DNA of 64,000 nt, taken from positions 1,302,001 through 1,366,000 of the forward strand of contig CAXIUT010000183.1 in assembly GCA_964035545.1 (NCBI GenBank), in the 5' to 3' direction. The notes under the pieces are model-generated. The model was not told the DNA's origin. It did no database searches and saw nothing but the letters and a program-made list of their open reading frames with translations. The stretch is from Bugula neritina (lineage: Eukaryota; Animalia; Bryozoa). This document shows, piece after piece, positions 17,701-31,165 of this stretch. A program made the translations under genes and the position numbers. The stretch's first letter is position 1, and every line of letters begins with the position of its first letter.

Positions 17701-18644
17701 AACATACTGAAATATACTCTAACACACTGAAGTATACTGCAACATACTGAAATACACTGTAACATACTGAAATATACTGCAACATACTGAAATACACTGC
17801 TACATACTGAAATATACTGCAACGTACTGCAACATACTGCAGCACACTGAAATACACTGTAACATACTGAAATACACTGCAACATACTACCACATATTGA
17901 AATACACTGCAACACATTGAAATGTACTGCAACATACCGAAATATATGGTAAACTACTAAAATATACTGTAACACATTGAAAAATACTGCAACATACTGA
18001 AATATACTGCGACACCTAGCAATATACTGTAACATACTGAAATATTCTCTAGCACACTGAAATACAATGCAACTTACTGAAATATACTGCAACATACTGA
18101 AATACACTGCAACATCCTGCAATATGCTGAAATACACAGTAAGATATTGAAATACACTGCAACATATTGAAATATACTGCAACACATTGAAATATACTGC
18201 GACATACCTAAATATACGGTAATATACTGAAATATACTGTAACACATTGAAAAATACTGCAACATACTGAAATATACTGTAACACACCGAAATATACTGC
18301 AACATACTGAAATACACTGTAACATACTGAAATACACTGCTACATACTGAAATATACTGCAACATACTGCAACATACTGAAATACACAGTAACATACTGA
18401 AATAAACTGCAACATACTACAACATATTGAAATACACTGCAACATATTGAAATGTACTGCAACATACCTAAATATACAGTAATATACTGAAATTCACTGT
18501 AACGCAATGCAAAATACTGCAACATACTGAAATTCACTGCGACACACTGAAATACGCTGCAAAATACTACAACATACTGAAATAAACTGTAACATGTTGA
18601 AATACACTGCAACACATTGAAAAATACTGCAACATACTGAAATA

Positions 18645-21600
18645 TACTGTAACACACTGAAATATACTGCAACATACTGAAATACACTGTAACATACTGA
18701 AATATACTGCAACATACTGAAATACACTGCTACATACTGAAATATACTGCAACATACTGCAACATACTTAAATACACTGTAAAATACTGAAATACACTGC
18801 AACATACTACTACAACATATCGAAATACACTGCAACACATTGAAATACACTGCAACTTACCGAATATATGGTAAACTACTGAAATATACTGTAACGCATT
18901 GAAAAGTACTGCAACATACTGAAATATATTGCGACACATTGCAATAAACTGTAACATACTGAAAAATGCTGTAGCACACTGAAATACACTGCCATTCACT
19001 GAAATATACTGCAACATACTGAAATACACCGCAACATCCTACAACATACTGAAGTACACTGTAACATATTGAAATACACTGCAACACATTGAAATATACT
19101 GCAACATACCGAAATATATCGTAAACTACTGAAATATACTGTAACACATTGAAAAAAACTGCAACATACTGAAATATACTGTAACAAACCGAAATATACT
19201 GCAACATACTGAAATACACTGTAACATACTGAAATATACTGTAACATACTGAAATACACTGCAACATCCTACAAAATGCTGAAATACACTGTAACATATT
19301 GAAATACACTGTAACATACTGAAATATACTGCAATATAATGAAATACACTGCAACATCCTACAAAAGGCTGAAATACACTGTAACATATTGAAATACACT
19401 GCAACACATTGAAATATACTGCAACATACCGAAATATATGGTAAACTACTGAAATATACTGTAACACATTGAAAAAAACTGACATACTGAAATATACTGC
19501 GACACCTAGCAATATACTGTAACATACTGAAATACACTGCAACATCCTACAACATGCTGAAATACACTGTAACATATTGAAATACACTGCAACACTTTGA
19601 AATATACTGCAACATACCGAAATATATGGTAAACTACTGCAACACACTACAACATATTGAAATACACTGCAACACATTGAAATATACTGCAACATGCCTA
19701 AATATACGGTAATATAATGAAATATACTGTAACACACCGAAATATACTGCAACATACTGAAATACACTGTAACATATTGAAATATACTGCAACATACTGA
19801 AATACACTGCTACATACTGAAATATACTGCAACATACTGCAACATACTGAAATACACTGTAACATAATGAAATAAACTGCAACATACTACATCATATTGA
19901 AATACACTGCAACACATTGAAATATACTGCAACATACCTAAATATACGGTAATATACTGAAATATACTGTAACACATTGAAAAAACTGCAACATACTGAA
20001 ATACACTGCAACACACTGAAATACACCGCAAAATACCACAACATACTGAAATACACTGTAACATATTGAAATCCAGTGCAACACATTGAAATATACTGCA
20101 ACATACCGAAATATATGGTAAACTAATGAAATATACTGTAACACATTGAAAAATACCGCAACATACTGAAATATACTGCGACACATTGCAATATACTGTA
20201 ACATACTGAAATATGCTGTAGCACACTGAAATACACTGCAACATTCTACAACAAACTGAAATACACTGAAACATATTGAAATACACTGCAAGAAATTGAA
20301 ATAGACTGCAACACAACAAAATATGGTAAACTACTGAAATAGACTTTAACAGATTGAAAAATACTGCAACATACAGAAATATACTGTAACACACTGAAAT
20401 ATACTGCAACATACTGAAATACACTATAACATACTGAAATATACTGCAACATACTGAAATACACTGCTACATACTGAAATATACTGCAACATACCGCAAC
20501 ATGCTGCAACATACTGAAATACGCTGTAACATACTGAAATACACTGCAACATACTACAACATATTGAAATACACTGCAACACATTGAAATGTACTGCAAC
20601 ATACCGAAATATACGGTAATATACTGAAATATACTGTAACACATTGAAAAATACTGCAACATACTGAAATACACTGCAACACACTGAAACACACCGCAAA
20701 AAACTACAACATACTGAAATACACTGTAACATATTAAAACATACTGCAACATACTGCAACATACTGAAATACACTGTAACATATTGAAATACACTGCAAC
20801 ACATTGAAATATACTGCAACATACCGAAATATATGGTAAACTAATGAAATATACTGTAACACATTGAAAAATACCGCAACATACTGAAATATACTGCGAC
20901 ACATTGCAATATACTGTAACATACTGAAATATGCTGTAGCACACTGAAATACACTGCAACATCCTACAACATACTGAAATACACTGTAACATATTGAAAT
21001 ACACTGCAAAACATTGAAATTTACTGCAACATAACAAAATATATGGTAAACTACTGAAATAGACTTTAACACATTGAAAAATACTGCAACATACTGAAAT
21101 ATACTGTAACACACTGAAGTATACTGCAACATACTGAAATACACTGTAACATACTGAAATACACTGCAACATACTGAAATACACTGCTACATACTGAAAT
21201 ATACTGCAACGTACTGCAACATACTCCAGCATACTGAAATACACTGTAACATACTGAAATACACTGCAACATACTACCGCATATTGAAATACACTGCAAC
21301 ACATTGAAATGTACTGCAACATACCGAAATATATGGTAAACTACTAAAATATACTGTAACATATTGAAAAATACTGCAACATACTGAAATATACTGCGAC
21401 ACCTAGCAATATACTGTAACATACTGAAATATGCTCTAGCACACTGAAATACAATGCAACTTACTGAAATATACTGCAACATACTTAAATACACTGCAAC
21501 AACCTACAATATGCTGAAATACACTGTAACATATTGAAATACACTGCAACACTTTGAAATATACTGCAACATACCGAAATATATGGTAAACTACTGCAAC

Positions 21601-24600
21601 ATACTACAACATATTGAAATACACTGCAACACATTGAAGTATACTGCAACATACCTAAATATACGGTAATATACTGAAATATACTGTAACACATTGAAAA
21701 ATACTGCAACATACTGAAATATACTGTAACACACCGAAATATACTGCAACATACTGAAATACACTGTAACATACTGAAATATACTGTAACATACTGAAAT
21801 ACACTGCTACATACTGAAATATGCTGCAACATACTGCAACATACTGAAATAAACTGCAACATACTACAACATATTGAAATACACTGCAACACATTGAAAT
21901 ATACTGCAACATACCTAAATATACGGTAATACACTGAAATTCACTGTAACGCATTGCAAAATACTGCAACATACTGAAATTCACTGCGACACACTGAAAT
22001 ACGCTGCAAAATACTACAACATACTGAAATAAACTGTAACATATTGAAATACGGTGCAACACATTGAAAAATACTGCAACATACTGAAATTTACTGTAAC
22101 ACACTGAAATATACTGCAACATACTGAAATACACTGTAACATACTGAAATATACTGCAACATACTGAAATACACTGCTACATACTGAAATATACTGCAAC
22201 ATACTGCAACATACTTAAATACACTGTAAAATACTGAAATACACTGCAACATACTACTACAACATATCGAAATACACTGCAACACATTGAAATACACTGC
22301 AACTTACCGAATATATGGTAAACTACTGAAATATACTGTAACGCATTGAAAAGTACTGCAACATACTGAAATATATTGCGACACATTGCAATAAACTGTA
22401 ACATACTGAAAAATGCTGTAGCACACTGAAATACACTGCCATTCACTGAAATATACTGCAACATACTGAAATACACCGCAACATCCTACAACATACTGAA
22501 GTACACTGTAACATATTGAAATACACTGCAACACATTGAAATATACTGCAACATACCGAAATATATCGTAAACTACTGAAATATACTGTAACACATTGAA
22601 AAAAACTGCAACATACTGAAATATACTGTAACAAACCGAAATATACTGCAACATACTGAAATACACTGTAACATACTGAAATATACTGTAACATACTGAA
22701 ATACACTGCAACATCCTACAAAATGCTGAAATACACTGTAACATATTGAAATACACTGTAACATACTGAAATATACTGCAATATAATGAAATACACTGCA
22801 ACATCCTACAAAAGGCTGAAATACACTGTAACATATTGAAATACACTGCAACACATTGAAATATACTGCAACATACCGAAATATATGGTAAACTACTGAA
22901 ATATACTGTAACACATTGAAAAAAACTGACATACTGAAATATACTGCGACACCTAGCAATATACTGTAACATACTGAAATACACTGCAACATCCTACAAC
23001 ATGCTGAAATACACTGTAACATATTGAAATACACTGCAAGACTTTGAAATATACTGCAACATACCGAAATATATGGTAAACTACTGCAACACACTACAAC
23101 ATATTGAAATACACTGCAACACATTGAAATATACTGCAACATGCCTAAATATACGGTAATATAATGAAATATACTGTAACACACCGAAATATACTGCAAC
23201 ATACTGAAATACACTGTAACATATTGAAATATACTGCAACATACTGAAATACACTGCTACATACTGAAATATACTGCAACATACTGCAACATACTGAAAT
23301 ACACTGTAACATAATGAAATAAACTGCAACATACTACATCATATTGAAATACACTGCAACACATTGAAATATACTGCAACATACCTAAATATACGGTAAT
23401 ATACTGAAATATACTGTAACACATTGAAAAAACTGCAACATACTGAAATACACTGCAACACACTGAAATACACCGCAAAATACCACAACATACTGAAATA
23501 CACTGTAACATATTGAAATCCAGTGCAACACATTGAAATATACTGCAACATACCGAAATATATGGTAAACTAATGAAATATACTGTAACACATTGAAAAA
23601 TACCGCAACATACTGAAATATACTGCGACACATTGCAATATACTGTAACATACTGAAATATGCTGTAGCACACTGAAATACACTGCAACATCCTACAACA
23701 AACTGAAATACACTGAAACATATTGAAATACACTGCAAGAAATTGAAATAGACTGCAACACAACAAAATATGGTAAACTACTGAAATAGACTTTAACAGA
23801 TTGAAAAATACTGCAACATACAGAAATATACTGTAACACACTGAAATATACTGCAACATACTGAAATACACTATAACATACTGAAATATACTGCAACATA
23901 CTGAAATACACTGCTACATACTGAAATATACTGCAACATACCGCAACATGCTGCAACATACTGAAATACGCTGTAACATACTGAAATACACTGCAACATA
24001 CTACAACATATTGAAATACACTGCAACACATTGAAATGTACTGCAACATACCGAAATATACGGTAATATACTGAAATATACTGTAACACATTGAAAAATA
24101 CTGCAACATACTGAAATACACTGCAACACACTGAAACACACCGCAAAAAACTACAACATACTGAAATACACTGTAACATATTAAAACATACTGCAACATA
24201 CTGCAACATACTGAAATACACTGTAACATATTGAAATACACTGCAACACATTGAAATATACTGCAACATACCGAAATATATGGTAAACTAATGAAATATA
24301 CTGTAACACATTGAAAAATACCGCAACATACTGAAATATACTGCGACACATTGCAATATACTGTAACATACTGAAATATGCTGTAGCACACTGAAATACA
24401 CTGCAACATCCTACAACATACTGAAATACACTGTAACATATTGAAATACACTGCAAAACATTGAAATTTACTGCAACATAACAAAATATATGGTAAACTA
24501 CTGAAATAGACTTTAACACATTGAAAAATACTGCAACATACTGAAATATACTGTAACACACTGAAGTATACTGCAACATACTGAAATACACTGTAACATA

Positions 24601-25660
24601 CTGAAATACACTGCAACATACTGAAATACACTGCTACATACTGAAATATACTGCAACGTACTGCAACATACTCCAGCATACTGAAATACACTGTAACATA
24701 CTGAAATACACTGCAACATACTACCGCATATTGAAATACACTGCAACACATTGAAATGTACTGCAACATACCGAAATATATGGTAAACTACTAAAATATA
24801 CTGTAACATATTGAAAAATACTGCAACATACTGAAATATACTGCGACACCTAGCAATATACTGTAACATACTGAAATATGCTCTAGCACACTGAAATACA
24901 ATGCAACTTACTGAAATATACTGCAACATACTTAAATACACTGCAACAACCTACAATATGCTGAAATACACTGTAACATATTGAAATACACTGCAACACT
25001 TTGAAATATACTGCAACATACCGAAATATATGGTAAACTACTGCAACATACTACAACATATTGAAATACACTGCAACACATTGAAGTATACTGCAACATA
25101 CCTAAATATACGGTAATATACTGAAATATACTGTAACACATTGAAAAATACTGCAACATACTGAAATATACTGTAACACACCGAAATATACTGCAACATA
25201 CTGAAATACACTGTAACATACTGAAATATACTGTAACATACTGAAATACACTGCTACATACTGAAATATGCTGCAACATACTGCAACATACTGAAATAAA
25301 CTGCAACATACTACAACATATTGAAATACACTGCAACACATTGAAATATACTGCAACATACCTAAATATACGGTAATACACTGAAATTCACTGTAACGCA
25401 TTGCAAAATACTGCAACATACTGAAATTCACTGCGACACACTGAAATACGCTGCAAAATACTACAACATACTGAAATAAACTGTAACATATTGAAATACG
25501 GTGCAACACATTGAAAAATACTGCAACATACTGAAATTTACTGTAACACACTGAAATATACTGCAACATACTGAAATACACTGTAACATACTGAAATATA
25601 CTGCAACATACTGAAATACACTGCTACATACTGAAATATACTGCAACATACTGCAACATA
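18645..25660. repeat. Higher-order tandem duplication, 3447-bp period, 2 copies
   Basis: Offsets 18730/22177, 20246/23693 and 21655/25102 equal 3447. Private markers CAAAAGGCTG, ATCCAGTGCA, TTAACAGATT and ACGGTGCAAC are each present twice. Confidence 0.92.
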
Positions 25661-28385
25661 CTGCAATACACTGTAACATACTGAAATACACTGCAACATA
25701 CTACAACATATTGAAATACACTGCAACACAATGAAATACACTGCAACTTACCGAATATATGGTAAACTACTGAAATATACTGTAACGCATTGAAAAATAC
25801 TGCAACATACTGAAATATATTGCGACACATTGCAATATACTGTAACATACTGAAAAATGCTGTAGCACACTGAAATATACTGCAATTCACTGAAATATAC
25901 TGCAACATACTGAAATACACCGCAACATCCTACAACATACTGAAATACTTTGTAACATATTGAAATACACTGCAACACATTGAAATATACTGCAACATAA
26001 CGAAATATATGGTAAACTAATGAAATATATTTTAACACATTGAAAAATACTGCAACATACTGAAATATATTTTAACACATTGAAAAATACTGCAACATAC
26101 TGAAATACACTGCAACACATTGAAATATACTGCAACATACCGAAATATATGGTAAACTACTGAAATATACTGTAACACATTGAAAAATACTGCAACATAC
26201 TGAAATACACTGTAACATACTGAAATAAACTGCAACATACTACAAAACATTGAAATACACTGCAACAAAGTGAAATATACTGCAACATACCTAAATATAC
26301 GGTAATATACTGAAATTCACTGTAACGCATTGCAAAATACTGCAACATACTGAAATTCACTGCGACACACTGAAATACGCTGCAAAATACTACAACATAC
26401 TGAAATACACTGTAACATATTGAAATACACTGCAAAACATTGAAATTTACTGCAACATAACAAAATATATGGTAAACTACTGAAATAGACTTTAACACAT
26501 TGAAAAATACTGCAACATACTGAAATATACTGTAACACACTGAAGTATACTGCAACATACTGAAATACACTGTAACATACTGAAATACACTGCAACATAC
26601 TGAAATACACTGCTACATACTGAAATATACTGCAACGTACTGCAACATACTCCAGCATACTGAAATACACTGTAACATACTGAAATACACTGCAACATAC
26701 TACCGCATATTGAAATACACTGCAACACATTGAAATGTACTGCAACATACCGAAATATATGGTAAACTACTAAAATATACTGTAACATATTGAAAAATAC
26801 TGCAACATACTGAAATATACTGCGACACCTAGCAATATACTGTAACATACTGAAATATGCTCTAGCACACTGAAATACAATGCAACTTACTGAAATATAC
26901 TGCAACATACTTAAATACACTGCAACAACCTACAATATGCTGAAATACACTGTAACATATTGAAATACACTGCAACACTTTGAAATATACTGCAACATAC
27001 CGAAATATATGGTAAACTACTGCAACATACTACAACATATTGAAATACACTGCAACACATTGAAGTATACTGCAACATACCTAAATATACGGTAATATAC
27101 TGAAATATACTGTAACACATTGAAAAATACTGCAACATACTGAAATATACTGTAACACACCGAAATATACTGCAACATACTGAAATACACTGTAACATAC
27201 TGAAATATACTGTAACATACTGAAATACACTGCTACATACTGAAATATGCTGCAACATACTGCAACATACTGAAATAAACTGCAACATACTACAACATAT
27301 TGAAATACACTGCAACTCATTGAAATATACTGCAACATACCTAAATATACGGTAATACACTGAAATTCACTGTAACGCATTGCAAAATACTGCAACATAC
27401 TGAAATTCACTGCGACACACTGAAATACGCTGCAAAATACTACAACATACTGAAATAAACTGTAACATATTGAAATACACTGCAACACATTGAAAAATAC
27501 TGCAACATACTGAAATTTACTGTAACACACTGAAATATACTGCAACATACTGAAATACACTGTAACATACTGAAATATACTGCAACATACTGAAATACAC
27601 TGCTACATACTGAAATATACTGCAACATACTGCAACATACTGCAATACACTGTAACATACTGAAATACACTGCAACATACTACAACATATTGAAACACAC
27701 TGCAACACATTGAAATACACTGCAACTTACCGAATATATGGTAAACTACTGAAATATACTGTAACGCATTGAAAAGTACTGCAACATACTGAAATATATT
27801 GCGACACATTGCAATATACTGTAACATACTGAAAAATGCTGTAGCACACTGAAATATACTGCAATTCACTGAAATATACTGCAACATACTGAAATACACC
27901 GCAACATCCTACAACATACTGAAATACTTTGTAACATATTGAAATACACTGCAACACATTGAAACATACTGCAACATAACGAAATATATGGTAAACTAAT
28001 GAAATATATTTTAACACATTGAAAAATACTGCAACATACTGAAATATATTTTAACACATTGAAAAATACTGCAACATACTGAAATACACTGCAACACATT
28101 GAAATATACTGCAACATACCGAAATATATGGTAAACTACTGAAATATACTGTAACACATTGAAAAATACTGCAACATACTGAAATACACTGTAACATACT
28201 GAAATAAACTGCAACATACTACAAAATATTGAAATACACTGCAACAAAGTGAAATATACTGCAACATACCTAAATATACGGTAATATACTGAAATTCACT
28301 GTAACGCATTGCAAAATACTGCAACATACTGAAATTCACTGCGACACACTGAAATACGCTGCAAAATACTACAACATACTGAAAT
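24411..28385. repeat. Higher-order tandem duplication, 1979-bp period, 2 copies
   Basis: Offsets 24513/26492, 25887/27866 and 26157/28136 equal 1979. Marker GCAACAAAGTGAAA at ~26262 and ~28241. Confidence 0.9.
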
Positions 28386-29126
28386 AAACTGTAACATATT
28401 GAAATACACTGCAACACATTGAAATATACTGCAACATACTGAAATACACTGCTACATACTGAAATATACTGCAACGTACTGCAACATACTCCAGCATACT
28501 GAAATACACTGTAACATACTGAAATACACTGCAACATACTACCACATATTGAAATACACTGCAACACATTGAAATGTACTGCAACATACCGAAATATATG
28601 GTAAACTACTAAAATATACTGTAACACATTGAAAAATACTGCAACATACTGAAATATACTGCGACACCTAGCAATATACTGTAACATACTGAAATATGCT
28701 CTAGCACACTGAAATACAATGCAACTTACTGAAATATACTGCAACATACTGAAATACACTGCAACATCCTACAATATGCTGAAATACACAGTAACATATT
28801 GAAATACACTGCAACACTTTGAAATATACTGCAACATACCGAAATATATGGTAAACTACTGCAACATACTACAACATACTGAAATACACTGCAACACATT
28901 GAAATATACTGCGACATACCTAAATATACGGTAATATACTGAAATATACTGTAAAACATTGAAAAACACTGCAACATACTGAAATATACTGTAACACATC
29001 GAAATATACTGCAACATACTGAAATACACTGTAACATACTGAAATACACTGCTACATACTGAAATATACTGCAACATACTACAACATATTGAAATACACT
29101 GCAACACATTGAAATATACTGCAACA

Positions 29127-29128
29127 TA
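29127..29128. other. TA target-site duplication, left copy (right copy 29884-29885)
   Basis: Filled site GCAACA-TA-[element]-TA-CCTAAA versus empty sites GCAACA-TA-CCTAAA at 39343-39344, 41212-41213 and many others. Confidence 0.92.
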
Positions 29129-29152
29129 CACAGGATAGTTAAGGGCAACCTT
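29129..29152 (+). repeat. Left terminal inverted repeat
   Basis: CACAGGATAGTTAAGGGCAACCTT, 23/24 identical to the reverse complement of 29860-29883. Confidence 0.95.
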
Positions 29153-29199
29153 TCAGTTCTAGCTGCTATGCTGATGATGCATTGTTATCGTATAAGAAA

Positions 29200-29486
29200 T
29201 CAGTCCCAGTAAAATAAAATCTTACCTAATTGTGCTAGAATCAAAATTTACAAACTATGTTGTAGATAGCTTTCTTCCTCAGCGCGGTTTTTTTGGAATT
29301 TTTAATCTTTCATTTTTTGGCTAGGCTACAGACAAAAAACTACCCTTTTTCTCCTATTTTTAGCTGAAAAAACATCATGTCAGTCCCAGTAAAATATCTC
29401 AGCAGGAAAACATAATATCTGAAAAAAGAAAACACTGTTGGAATCCTGAGATGTTTCTGCAGCGCGGTTTTTGTAATGTTTTTAAT
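29200..29486 (+). repeat. Degenerate internal direct repeat (180-bp period) in the transposon
   Basis: TCAGTCCCAGTAAAATA at 29200 and 29380, CAGCGCGGTTTTT at 29280 and 29460, TTTTTAAT at 29299 and 29479. All three pairs are exactly 180 bp apart. Confidence 0.85.
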
Positions 29487-29859
29487 AGCTTTTATAGATT
29501 TTCTATAAATTAGTGATTTATACGCTGAAAATGAGATAATTTTTCTTTACTAATAAGCACTGCGCATCACTTCACGCTTCAGTGAACGCGTAGAGATGGG
29601 AAGATATTGGCTTGTCCATTACTAATTACAGACCTGCTAGCCTACAAGCTAGTGAATAGCTTGGTGTCTAATTCATTTATAGAGTAGCCACAATGGAATG
29701 TTGATATATAATGCAGCCCTAATTGAGCTTGCTGTTTATTGGTCATAGTCTAATATTAGGCTAAACATACACAGGCAGGCAACACGCATGCCACCCACAG
29801 AACAATATTATAGCAAGAACCTAGACTACATTGTGAGCTAAATTTATGATATTCTTAGT

Positions 29860-29883
29860 AAGGATGCCCTTAACTATCCTGTG
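29860..29883 (-). repeat. Right terminal inverted repeat
   Basis: AAGGATGCCCTTAACTATCCTGTG; reverse complement is CACAGGATAGTTAAGGGCATCCTT. Confidence 0.95.
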
Positions 29884-31165
29884 TACCTAAATATACGGTA
29901 ATATACTGAAATTCACTGTAACGCATTGCAAAATACTGCAACATACTGAAATTCACTGCGACACACTGAAATACGCTGCAAAATACTACAACATACTGAA
30001 ATAAACTGTAACATGTTGAAATACACTGCAACACATTGAAAAATACTGCAACATACTGAAATATACTGTAACACACTGAAATATACTGCAACATACTGAA
30101 ATACACTGTAACATACTGAAATATACTGCAACATACTGAAATACACTGCTACATACTGAAATATACTGCAACATACTGCAACATACTGCAATACACTGTA
30201 AAATACTGAAATACACTGCAACATACTACAACATATTGAAATACACTGCAACACATTGAAATACACTGCAACTTATCGAATATATGGAAAACTACTGAAA
30301 TATACTGTAACGCATTGAAAAAGACTGCAACATACTGAAATATATTGCGACACATTGCAATATACTGTAATATACTGAAAAATGCTGTATCACACTGAAA
30401 TATACTGCAATTCGCTGAAATATACTGCAACATACTGAAATACACCGCAACATCCTACAACATACTAAAATACACTGTAACATTTCGAAATACACTGCAA
30501 CACATTGAATTATACTGCAACATAACGAAATATATGGTAAACTACTGAAATATATTTTAACAAATTGAAAAATACTGCAACATACTGAAATATACTGTAA
30601 CACACTGAAGTATACTGCAACATACTGAAATACACTGTAACATACTGAAATATACTGCAACATACTGAAATACACTGCTACATACTGAAATATACTGCAA
30701 CGTACTGCAACATACTGCAGCATACTGAAATACACTGTAACATACTGAAATACACTGCAACATACTACCACATATTGAAATACACTGCAACACATTGAAA
30801 TGTACTGCAACATACCGAAATATATGGTAAACTACTAAAATATACTGTAACACATTGAAAAATACTGCAACATACTGAAATATACTGCGACACCTAGCAA
30901 TATACTGTAACATACTGAAATATTCTCTAGCACACTGAAATACAATGCAACTTACTGAAATATACTGCAACATACTGAAATACACTGCAACATCCTACAA
31001 TATGCTGAAATACACAGTAACATATTGAAATACACTGCAACATATTGAAATATACTGCAACACATTGAAATATACTGCGACATACCTAAATATACGGTAA
31101 TATACTGAAATATACTGTAACACATTGAAAAATACTGCAACATACTGAAATATACTGTAACACAC

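Larger units (their letters stand above)
1..29128. repeat. Tandem satellite array (10-bp unit / 20-bp dimer CATACTGAAA-TAYACTGYAA), left of the insertion; probably continues past the window start
   Basis: Continuous head-to-tail 10-mers sharing the core ACTG, followed by AAA or YAA. Same orientation throughout, with recurrent variant units (CCTAAATATACGGTAA, CGAAATATATGGTAAACTAC, CATCCTACAA, GCTACA). Confidence 0.99.
29129..29883. mobile_element. Non-autonomous TIR DNA transposon (MITE-like), 755 bp, TA TSD; superfamily uncertain (CMC/EnSpm-like CAC termini with 2-bp TSD, or Tc1/mariner-type TA insertion)
   Basis: Only non-satellite sequence in the window. Ends CACAGGATAGTTAAGGGCAACCTT ... 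AAGGATGCCCTTAACTATCCTGTG form a 24-bp inverted repeat with 1 mismatch. Flanked by TA on both sides, whereas the empty motif GCAACA-TA-CCTAAATATACGG has one TA. The ORF track lists no ORF inside it. Confidence 0.93.

Noticed and set aside
29561-29590. Small hairpin TTCAC-N6-GTGAA in a GC-richer patch (possible Helitron end or ncRNA)
   Set aside because: The stem is only 5 bp, lies mid-element and has no adjacent terminal CTRR or tRNA-like fold; expected by chance.
29321-29763. TAGGCTA/TAGCCTA motifs in the element as a hint of host taxon
   Set aside because: Three short motifs are too weak to assign an organism or a function.
29126-29886. Alternative TSD readings (TAC, or TWA as in PIF/Harbinger at the inner GGGC ends)
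   Set aside because: A TAC TSD leaves asymmetric termini. The inner trinucleotide flanks (TAA vs TTA) are not direct duplicates. TA with CAC...GTG fits the empty site exactly.
28726-30106. ORFs crossing the transposon ends (28726-29148, 29870-30106)
   Set aside because: Only a few codons come from the TIRs and the rest is satellite; no transposase-like sequence.
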